Assembly (NCBI GenBank): GCA_963666835.2
Contig: CAXXGO010000005.1
Coordinates: forward strand, 224,001 to 288,000
Direction: 5' to 3'
Length of the DNA stretch: 64,000 nt
Source of the DNA: Phycisphaerae bacterium
Lineage (GTDB): Bacteria > Planctomycetota > Phycisphaerae > UBA1845
Shown here one piece after another: positions 47,720 through 55,968 of this stretch. The notes beneath the pieces are model-generated. The model was not told the origin of the DNA. It saw only the letters and a program-made list of their open reading frames with translations, and ran no database searches. Both the position numbers and the translations under genes were made by a program. Within the stretch, counting starts at the first letter, position 1; every line of letters begins with the position of its first letter.

Positions 47720-49268
47720 GTGAACCATCAACAGTAGCCCTGCGATTCAGCTTGACCATATTCCGGTAGCTCCGATTCCGGACCAGCCTTGGACCTCGGT
47801 TAACTTCCGGGCACCGGCCCCCGGAGGGCGTTCCGACGGTAGCGGCGCGGCATGGCGTGATGCGGTAGCCCGCATATACGATGGGAGAGCCGAAGCGGAC
47901 TACAAGCGGCGGAAACCCCGTTACTACTTACGACGCATCCAGAAGCGCCTGGCGGGAATAATCGAACCGCGAAGCCGGGTATTGGAAATCGGCTGCGGCC
48001 GCGGAGACCTGTTGGCGTCGTTGGACCCGGTGAGCGGAATCGGTGTAGATCTCAGCCGGAACATGATCAACGAAGCCCGTCGGCGACACCGCGGGCAGCA
48101 GTTCATTTGCATGCCCGGCGAGGAAGTCTACCGCCTGAACGATAAGTTCGATTACGTCGTCGTTTCGCAGACGATGGACGAGATCTACGATCTCCAGGTG
48201 CTGTTCAACTCCATTCGCGCAGTCTGCCACGCGCGCACGCGTCTGGTGATTGTCCATCACAGCCGTATGTGGCAACCCGCCGTCAGGTTGATGGAGTGGC
48301 TCCACGTCAAAGGGCGGTCGCCCGAGCGGAATTGGCTGCCGGCGGACGAGATAATGCACCTGGCGAAGTTGTCGGGGTTCGAGACCGTGCGGATGTTCGG
48401 TATGACTCCGGCTCCGCTGCCCGTTCCGCCAATCTCCGGATTACTCAACCGGTTCGTCGGGAATCTGCCGGGAATGCACTTGCTCGGTCTGAACTATGTA
48501 ATCGTGGCCCGATGCGTGGAGCCGGACGTTCTCGCCTCCGCCCGCCCGCGAAGCGTGTCTATCGTAGTCCCCGCGTGCAATGAGGCCGGGCACATCAGGC
48601 CCTTGCTTCGACGCGTTCCCAAAATGGCCGATCGGCAGGAGGTCATCTTCGTCGAAGGTGGCAGCCGGGATAACACGTGGTCGGAGATCCAGGCCGTGGT
48701 ACGAGACTACACCGGCCCGTTTCAGCTCAAGTGCATGCAGCAGGACGGGCGCGGAAAGGGCGATGCCGTTCGTAAGGCGTTCGCCTCGGCCACGGGCGAC
48801 TGCCTAATGATCCTCGACGCGGATATCAGCGTGCCCCCGGAAGAACTGGGCGCGTTCTACGATACGTTCTCGTCGGGCAAAGGGGAGTTCATCAATGGCT
48901 CGCGCATGGTCTACATGATGGACCGCCGGGCCATGCGTTTCCTGAACCTGCTGGGCAACAAGACCTTTGGTTGGGTGTTTACCTATCTGCTCTCGCAGCG
49001 GTTCCGCGATACATTGTGCGGTACGAAAGTGCTCAGCCGCCGAGACTACGAACGCATCGCCGCGAACCGGGCGTACTTCGGAGACTTTGACCCGTTCGGT
49101 GACTTCGATCTGCTGTTCGGTGCCGCGCGATTGTCCCTGAAGATCACCGACGTGCCCGTACACTATAAGGCTCGCACCTACGGAGAGACGAACATCTCCC
49201 GGTTCTCGCACGGCTGGATGCTCTTGCGCATGTGCCTGTTGGCGGCTCGCAAGCTGAAGTTCATCTGA
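47720..49268 (+). CDS. Bifunctional SAM methyltransferase-GT2 glycosyltransferase (5' end uncertain)
   Basis: RVLEIGCGRG, GVDLS; SIVVPACNEAG, VEGGSRD, GKGDAV, ILDAD, DTLCGTK, DPFGDFDLLFGA; frame is open from 47724 but has no in-frame canonical start before TTG 47982. Confidence 0.85.
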
Positions 49269-49504
49269 CACTCTTCTGTCACCGTGGACGAGACGACATC
49301 CTCGCGGAGGGCTTGCGGCCGGGGATCTGTCGCCAACGTGGAGCTACTCCGCTCCGCTCTCCTTCTGCTCTTGGAGAGACTTCTGATACGCCTTCCACCC
49401 GGGACACCAGCCGGTGTGCCAGCGCCATATACGGGCGATGATCGAACGCGGCTTGCGTTCGGAATAGGCTCTCATGGGGCAGGCTTCACAACCTCGCTTC
49501 TTCT

Positions 49505-51358
49505 TCATGGAAACGGCTCCGTCTGCATCTGCAAAACCTGGGTGATGCGGGCAACCGGGTACACGTTCAGGCGGTCATCCCAATAGGGCGAGCGGCTATA
49601 GAAGAAGTCCAGACGCGCTCGGGGGTTGGAAGCGAACTCCCGATCCGTGCCGACCTTGCTCTCGAACTCGCGACGAAGCTCCGGGTCGGACTCCAACATC
49701 GCCCGGGCCAGCTCCTCCAGGACGTAGTGCTCGCCGTACTCCTTCCGCTCGAAGATCGTGTTGAAAAAGCCCCAGGAGACCAGCGAATCCGGTGCGGCCG
49801 GCTCGAACATCTGAATGGCCAGCTTGGCATCGGGTTGATCGAGCGGGAGCACCACCGACCCGGGCAAAAACGTCCGCTCTTCGATGATCGGCTCAGTTGC
49901 AAACCGAGGTTGATGACGGCCCTCGAAAGATCTCGCCGGGAACGTCACGTCTGTGAACCGGTAGGACTCGAACCGGGCGGTAACGGGTGTGACTAACCGC
50001 CGGCATCGCAGGCCGTGAGCCTTCGCCAGGGCGATTACTTCCGTCCACTGCGGGGGGATGATATAGGCCAAAGGCGGTGACACCGTTTGAGTGACCTCCG
50101 TGCCGAAGTACCAGGTGGTTTCGATGTCGATCGGCTCTGTGTTGTCGTAGATGATGCGGACATCGCCCGAAACTTCGCTCAGTTCCCGCCGGTAGGCGCA
50201 TCCGTGAAAGGTGAGCGGGCGGGATTCGTCCGTATGACCGATGGCCAGGGGAAACTCCCGCTCGGGGTCGTAGGCGGTGCCGATCTTCGCGGCGTTTTCG
50301 TCGGCCGTGAGTACGGCTTGGCGAAGCGAACCGGCGTCGCGATTCAAGACCTCCAGAGTATGCAGCATTATGCTGTAGTGAGCGAACACCCTTGTGCGAT
50401 ACGGTTTGAGCATGTGCGTCTCGACCAGGATCGACGGGCGGTTTCGTACGGAGGCGTACCCGGTGGAATATCGCGGACCGAATCCGCCCGTGCGGATACC
50501 CTTTGACGGGTCCTTCGAATCGACAAGCCAGAAATACGGGATCGGAAGGTGCCCGTCAGCCTCCATGGCCCGGAATAGTTGAGGGTACAAATTGTCGGTT
50601 AACCACGCGGCCACCTCCGGCGCGGCCGCTTCGTGCGTATCGGCCGCGTACGCCACATCGTATTGCCAATCTCCGCCGTCGGTGGTGTGGTGGTCGAAGT
50701 GCAGGTCAGGGCGCCAAGCGTTCCACAGTCCAAGCCACGCCCGCATTTCGACGGCATCCGCTTTCACGTAGTCGCGGTTGAGGTTGTAGTTGCGCGACGT
50801 GGTTCGCCAACCCATGGCGTCGGGACCGTTCTGGTTGATCCGCGAATAGGGCGAGAACCGCTCGTGGCCGTCGGTACTCAGAATCGGGACAACGAGCAGT
50901 ATAACATGGTCGAGCAGCTTGGCACGGGTCTTGGTTACGGCGAGGTCGCGTAGCAACATCAACGAAGCGTCCTTCCCGGCCGACTCGCCCGCGTGGATGC
51001 AGCATTGGGCGAAGACGACCAGCTTCTCTGCCGCCCGGGCCGCTTCCGGCGTAAACGCGCGGTCTTTGGACGCTATCACCAGAGGCAGCTCGCGTCCTTC
51101 CGGACTTGTTCCAAATGACTCGTAGCTTAGCCAATCGGACGCCGCGGCCAGCCGCCGGCAGAACGCGATCGTCTCGTCGTAACGGGGGGTCTGCCGAAAC
51201 CCGGTTTGCTCAGCTTTGGTCAGCCACTCCGGTGGGGGGCCGGGAGACGGGTTGCGCAGTTGCCTCGTTGACGCGGTCTGCGCGAGAAGCGGCAGGGTGG
51301 TGGCCGCCAATGCCAGAAGTAGCGACGAAGCGATGAGTTCGCAGGTCCGGTTCGGCAT
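49505..51358 (-). CDS. Secreted M14 zinc carboxypeptidase
   Basis: Signal peptide; IHAGE, DGHE, NLNRD, DHHTTDG, LVETHMLK. Confidence 0.9.
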   Translation of the reverse strand: MPNRTCELIASSLLLALAATTLPLLAQTASTRQLRNPSPGPPPEWLTKAEQTGFRQTPRYDETIAFCRRLAAASDWLSYESFGTSPEGRELPLVIASKDRAFTPEAARAAEKLVVFAQCCIHAGESAGKDASLMLLRDLAVTKTRAKLLDHVILLVVPILSTDGHERFSPYSRINQNGPDAMGWRTTSRNYNLNRDYVKADAVEMRAWLGLWNAWRPDLHFDHHTTDGGDWQYDVAYAADTHEAAAPEVAAWLTDNLYPQLFRAMEADGHLPIPYFWLVDSKDPSKGIRTGGFGPRYSTGYASVRNRPSILVETHMLKPYRTRVFAHYSIMLHTLEVLNRDAGSLRQAVLTADENAAKIGTAYDPEREFPLAIGHTDESRPLTFHGCAYRRELSEVSGDVRIIYDNTEPIDIETTWYFGTEVTQTVSPPLAYIIPPQWTEVIALAKAHGLRCRRLVTPVTARFESYRFTDVTFPARSFEGRHQPRFATEPIIEERTFLPGSVVLPLDQPDAKLAIQMFEPAAPDSLVSWGFFNTIFERKEYGEHYVLEELARAMLESDPELRREFESKVGTDREFASNPRARLDFFYSRSPYWDDRLNVYPVARITQVLQMQTEPFP

Positions 51359-51410
51359 GTTCTTTCCCTTGTTAGGACTTATGCCCGTCCGGAATCCGTT
51401 GTTGTTCGCG

Positions 51411-51683
51411 TTACCCGAAGAGAAGTCTCGCAAGCGCTGCCAATATCCCCAGCGCCATGATGACCAACATGATCCAGGCAATCACCTTGACCACCGGGGA
51501 CGGCGGCGGGCGATACGAGGCGCAGAACTGCTCGCCCAAAGCCTGACCACACGAGGGGCACGACTCGCTGAACTCGGTCAGCTTGCTCCCGCAGTGCGGG
51601 CACGCGAATTCGATTCCGGAGTACTCGTCATTGTTCTGTTCCACGGCGGCCTCGACTCTAGACGACACTCCGCTTTGGCACAA
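51411..51683 (-). CDS. Small zinc-ribbon membrane protein (start uncertain)
   Basis: CPHCG...CPSCG followed by one C-terminal TM. Confidence 0.6.
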   Translation of the reverse strand: MCQSGVSSRVEAAVEQNNDEYSGIEFACPHCGSKLTEFSESCPSCGQALGEQFCASYRPPPSPVVKVIAWIMLVIMALGILAALARLLFG

Positions 51684-51690
51684 GTGCCCT

Positions 51691-51712
51691 GTAGCGCAGG
51701 CATCCTGCCTGC
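51691..51712 (+). repeat. Single GTAG-type REP-like palindrome
   Basis: GTAGC-GCAGGCA-TCC-TGCCTGC. Confidence 0.5.
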
Positions 51713-51960
51713 ATTATGCCGCCCCGCGCAAAGAATGGAGAAGACGTTGGGCTGGTTCTGTACCCATCCCAGAAATCACCCTGATATCTTCTCCGAACTC
51801 GCAGGTTCCGCGTGCGGTGGGAGACGCTCGGTTTTCGCCGTAAGATCCGTCATGTTCGGGGGCGACTAACGGGTGTGCCGGTGTCGCTCCGGGCAATGTC
51901 GAGCCACGGGCCGGCACAAGAGGTTGACCCGGACGGCAGACTTCAGATGGAGACGTACTT

Positions 51961-52947
51961 ATGAGTGATCGATACCATGCCGCGGCCTGTCAGACGGATT
52001 TCCCGTGCCCGAGCAAGCGCGCGGATATCGCGGCGAACACCGCCAGAATGTGCGAGATGATCGAGCAGACGATCGTCGGCTATGAGCCGTTCTTCGACGT
52101 TCGACTCTTCGTCTTCCCGGAATTTGCCCACGCCGCACCGGTTTACGAGACCGTCGAGGAACTACGCCGGCATCTGGCCGTGGAGATCCCGAACGAACAC
52201 ACCGATCGATATTCGAAGATGGCCGCCCAGTACGGTTGCTTTATTCAAACGGGGACCTTTCTCGAGGTCGACCCGAAGTATCCGGAGGTGGTCTTCAACA
52301 CGACCGTTTTGATCGGACCGCAGGGCGTGCTGGCCGGCTATCGCAAGGTCAACCCGTGGATTCCGTGGGAGCTGCACGCCAGTCCGCACGATATCCCCGG
52401 CTATAACGAAGAACCGTTCCCCGTGGTCGAGACCGAGATAGGCCGGCTGGGCGTGGCCATCTGTTACGATTGGCTGATCCCGGAGACTATCCGGCAGATC
52501 GCGTTCAACGGCGCAGAGGTTATCGCCCGAGTGTCCGCTTACATGGACCCATGGGGTGCGACTCCGCCCATGGACTGGTGGACTTTGTTCAACCGTGCCC
52601 GGGCCGTGGAGAATACGGTTTTCGTGGTGGCCGCAAACCAGGGGGCGAGCATGGAGCGGTACCCGCCGTTCAGTTGGCCGGGCGGGAGTATGGTCGTGGA
52701 CTACGATGGCCGGATCCTGGCGCAGGCCGATCCGGGGCCCGGTGAGAAGATCGTCGTGGCCCCGATAGACCTCGCCGCCCTGCGAGACGCGCGACAGCGG
52801 AGGGTAGGGCACGACATGCGCTCCCACCTGCGCAGCGAGATCCACGGTTACCTGCAAACGCCCCACCTGCCCCCGGCCGCCGAAGCGGAGCATCCTCTGT
52901 CTGCGGACGGAATACGCCGGCGCATCGCGGAAGGGCGAACCCGATGA
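51961..52947 (+). CDS. Carbon-nitrogen hydrolase (nitrilase superfamily)
   Basis: Catalytic triad FPE, YRK, ICYD; RARAVEN; GGSMVVDYDG. Confidence 0.92.
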   Translation: MSDRYHAAACQTDFPCPSKRADIAANTARMCEMIEQTIVGYEPFFDVRLFVFPEFAHAAPVYETVEELRRHLAVEIPNEHTDRYSKMAAQYGCFIQTGTFLEVDPKYPEVVFNTTVLIGPQGVLAGYRKVNPWIPWELHASPHDIPGYNEEPFPVVETEIGRLGVAICYDWLIPETIRQIAFNGAEVIARVSAYMDPWGATPPMDWWTLFNRARAVENTVFVVAANQGASMERYPPFSWPGGSMVVDYDGRILAQADPGPGEKIVVAPIDLAALRDARQRRVGHDMRSHLRSEIHGYLQTPHLPPAAEAEHPLSADGIRRRIAEGRTR

Positions 52948-53294
52948 ACGCTGCGCTGGTGACCGGTCAAACAAGCGGATTCCGATCGAGGCGGCTGTGC
53001 CGCTGCTCGTGAGCCGGTGCAGATACGACGCACAGTGTGGTTTCCGAGTATGCCACTGCTCTCGAGCGGTGCAGGGACCGCACACAGTGTAGATTGGCCC
53101 CGGTCCTCTACGACCGACACAGCACCGGTGGCCCATATAATAAGGGGGGTTCCGATCGAGGCTTCGCCGACGGATCCAGCTCGTGAGCCGGTGTCGCCCA
53201 CAGGCTCGTCGTGGCCGCCTGCAATCCGATCGCTTGCCTGGGACCTCGGGTTGCGTAGCGTGCCGGTTGCCGGTATAGATGTGCGAAATCGATA

Positions 53295-53368
53295 GGGCGA
53301 TTAGCTCAGTTGGCTAGAGCGTTCGGATCACACCCGAGAGGTCACAGGTTCGAGTCCTGTATCGCCCA
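53295..53368 (+). tRNA. trnV: tRNA-Val (anticodon CAC)
   Basis: Acceptor GGGCGAT/ATCGCCC, D arm GCTC/GAGC, anticodon stem TTCGG/CCGAG with loop AT-CAC-AC, T arm ACAGG-TTCGAGT-CCTGT; CCA not encoded. Confidence 0.95.
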
Positions 53369-53623
53369 GTGACGTAAACCCCGCCGAATAAAGAACTTAG
53401 AAAAACCTTTAGGTCATCATTGACCTAAACACGCCGTTGTTGTAGCGTCCCAGGTACAGAATCTGACCCAAAATGGACGCTGCAGGATGGCTCCAATCCA
53501 AGATACCGGTCTAAGGAGCACCGAGGTTCTGCGCTGAGAGTCAAGGTTCTGCGCCGGGCCGATAGCGCAGACAACACCCGCACACCTCCAGATAGTCCTT
53601 TTCCGGCGGTGTCCGGGTCTACC

Positions 53624-54118
53624 TCAAACCATCTTCGAACCAGCCTCGATGCCAGCTCGGGGAGGGTTCGCAGGCCGCTCATATCGCGCCAACGGCCCCT
53701 CCGTCATCTCATGCCAGAACGCCGGGTTCGGTAGCGGGCACATCTGCCCCGCGTGCCGATTCCGGGCTCTCAAGTCCATCATCTCAAACACGCCCTGCCA
53801 CCGGCGGCAGATGTGCCCGTGGCACCACAATTGCCCGTCGGACAGCTCCGCACAGAACCGGCACGCCCGGCAGGCCGCGGTCCGCGTCTCCGCGATCTCC
53901 GCCGCCACCTCCGGGCTCCGCATCACGTCAACGGCCGTCCACTCCTCCTCCCGGATGATCTCCGCGAACGTGGCCGATATCGCGGGGCTCACGAGCCCAC
54001 GACGCACGATCGACGGCACGTCGCTGCGGGGCTCCTCTGGTTGCTCGGTCACGGGCCCACGGGCCACCGGCAGACGCTTGGCCGCCTGCAGTCGCTCTCG
54101 CATGTTTAGCGTGGTCAT
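53624..54118 (-). CDS. Phage hypothetical Cys-rich protein
   Basis: RTAACRACRFC...WCHGHIC...CPL; ATGA overlap with upstream gene. Confidence 0.65.
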   Translation of the reverse strand: MTTLNMRERLQAAKRLPVARGPVTEQPEEPRSDVPSIVRRGLVSPAISATFAEIIREEEWTAVDVMRSPEVAAEIAETRTAACRACRFCAELSDGQLWCHGHICRRWQGVFEMMDLRARNRHAGQMCPLPNPAFWHEMTEGPLARYERPANPPRAGIEAGSKMV

Positions 54119-54276
54119 CCGAGCACCTTGTCCCATATCTGCCGGAGCTTGTCGTCTTGGTTCTCGCTGAGCTTCCGGTTCACATCCAGCCCGTCCAGAA
54201 AGTCCATCTCCCATCCGGTCAACCCGGCCTCGCAATCCAACAGCTCCCCCAGCATGCTCACTTGGTCCTCAGTCAT
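54115..54276 (-). CDS. Small phage hypothetical protein (53 aa)
   Basis: LTGWEMDFLDGL...LSENQDDKLRQIW; coupled on both sides. Confidence 0.65.
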   Translation of the reverse strand: MTEDQVSMLGELLDCEAGLTGWEMDFLDGLDVNRKLSENQDDKLRQIWDKVLG

Positions 54277-55964
54277 CAGTTCCACCCCCGGCAGCCGGCG
54301 TTCTCGATCTCGGTCAGCCCGAGCACCACCCGCCCCTCGCACCACTGCGGAAGCTCCAAGAACGACCCATCCGTTTGCAGCCCGCCGCAGTTGTCCGTCT
54401 CGCCGTGTATCACGGTCCCGTTGATCGTGTGGAGTGCTCCGCAGCACGTGGGGTTGCCTGGATAGTAGCGCGGTGAGTCATACCACCCGCTCGCGTCCGT
54501 CCCGCCCAGGTGGGCATGCCCTCGCGAGTACATCCGCGTCGTTGCCCGCCCGCACCACGTAATCTCCGCGTCGTCGTAGCCTCCGCCCGCGTGGCAGCGC
54601 TGCATCGGCACCCGCTCACCCTGCGGTCCGATCGCAATCAGCCGCTCATACGGATGTTGCTGCCCGGGGTGGTCCGGATCTTCAACCCGCAGGTCACACG
54701 GGTCATCCGTCCCGCCTGGGCGGCCCAAAAGCTGCAACGGCCAGTCCACGTCGAAGGCCGCCGCCATCAGACGCACGCGCAAGCGGACCGTGAAGAAGAT
54801 GTCCGCAAACACCCGATACCGCGCCTGCCCGGTCGCCGACGTCTCCCACCACTGCTCGATGAGCATATAGAGCTGGATCGCGTGGCCGGCCAGAATCAGC
54901 TCCGCCGGCAGCTCTACCTTGCTCCGCCGCCCGCGCAGCGTGATAGGTATCACCTGTCCGGCGTAGTCATCACCGTACCGATCCGGATCGTCCGGGCCTT
55001 CCTTCGCAATCCCCATCACTGGGGGATACGCCATCGGATGATCCGGCACCGATCCGTCAAACTCCTCCGCGTGCGACCACGTGTGCTTGCCGGGGTAGTC
55101 ATGCGGATAGTAGCTGGCGTACACGTGTCCGGGGTTGTCGATCTTGTCGACCAGGTTGTACGTCTCGCACGTGTACGAACCGAGAATCGCATTAAGCAGA
55201 GTCACCTCCGCCGGGTTGCGAAACGGATAGTTCGCCGCCACTTCCGAATACGCCAGGTCCGCCGCAATCTCAATCCGGTCGACCGCCTCGACGCGGTCCG
55301 GGTAGGTCGATCCAATCACCGCCACGATCCCCGCTTCATCGGGCACCGGGTGTGAGAAGCAGAACTGGTTGACGTACTGGAAGCAGTGCGGGTCGCTCTT
55401 GGCCGCCAGATGCAGGTGCACATGTCGCGGCGTCCCGTCCAGGTTCAGCACGCACAGCTTGCCCCGGAGCTGGTCGCATCCTTGCCCGCCGTCCTCCGGT
55501 TGGCAGACGTACACGTGGTTGCAGTACATCCGCCATCCGTCCGGGCTCCCGGTGACAAACCACCGACACAGCCATCGCCCCGACGTCGGCCCGCACGGCT
55601 CGCACGTGCTGCATGGTATCAATATGAGCGACACCGCTCGGGCGGGTACATACTGAAACGCCTTGGCGTTGGCCCAGACATCCCGGGCCCACCACGCCTC
55701 GGCCTGGCCCTGCATGTCGTTCGCCCCGTCCGCAAACTCCGCCCGAAAGCACGGTTGATACCGCGGGTCCCACACCACCTCCGCCGCCGCGTTGCCCCCG
55801 CACCGGCCAATGCTGTTACCGCTGCCCGGCACAATCGTGCACGGATACTCGGGATGTTGCCCGGCGGTCCCACAGTAGATGCAGTCCGGCTCCCCGCCAC
55901 CGGAGAACGGGGCGTCGCAATACTGGCCAGGCAGGCCGATGGTTTTGCCACCGCACACCGTCAT
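54276..55964 (-). CDS. Cys-rich phage protein, putative tail-associated
   Basis: 562 aa from ATG 55964, 4 nt after upstream stop; many Cys in N-terminal half. Confidence 0.7.
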   Translation of the reverse strand: MTVCGGKTIGLPGQYCDAPFSGGGEPDCIYCGTAGQHPEYPCTIVPGSGNSIGRCGGNAAAEVVWDPRYQPCFRAEFADGANDMQGQAEAWWARDVWANAKAFQYVPARAVSLILIPCSTCEPCGPTSGRWLCRWFVTGSPDGWRMYCNHVYVCQPEDGGQGCDQLRGKLCVLNLDGTPRHVHLHLAAKSDPHCFQYVNQFCFSHPVPDEAGIVAVIGSTYPDRVEAVDRIEIAADLAYSEVAANYPFRNPAEVTLLNAILGSYTCETYNLVDKIDNPGHVYASYYPHDYPGKHTWSHAEEFDGSVPDHPMAYPPVMGIAKEGPDDPDRYGDDYAGQVIPITLRGRRSKVELPAELILAGHAIQLYMLIEQWWETSATGQARYRVFADIFFTVRLRVRLMAAAFDVDWPLQLLGRPGGTDDPCDLRVEDPDHPGQQHPYERLIAIGPQGERVPMQRCHAGGGYDDAEITWCGRATTRMYSRGHAHLGGTDASGWYDSPRYYPGNPTCCGALHTINGTVIHGETDNCGGLQTDGSFLELPQWCEGRVVLGLTEIENAGCRGWN

Positions 55965-55968
55965 CGCG

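Noticed and set aside
47442..47723. TGA readthrough or selenocysteine joining this ORF to the MTase-GT2 gene
   Set aside because: Upstream ORF has no protein-like features and overlaps the divergent gene; no SECIS-like hairpin recognised; one-base insertion is simpler
53295..53368. A at position 32 and missing CCA as signs of a pseudo-tRNA
   Set aside because: All four stems pair well; CCA is often added post-transcriptionally
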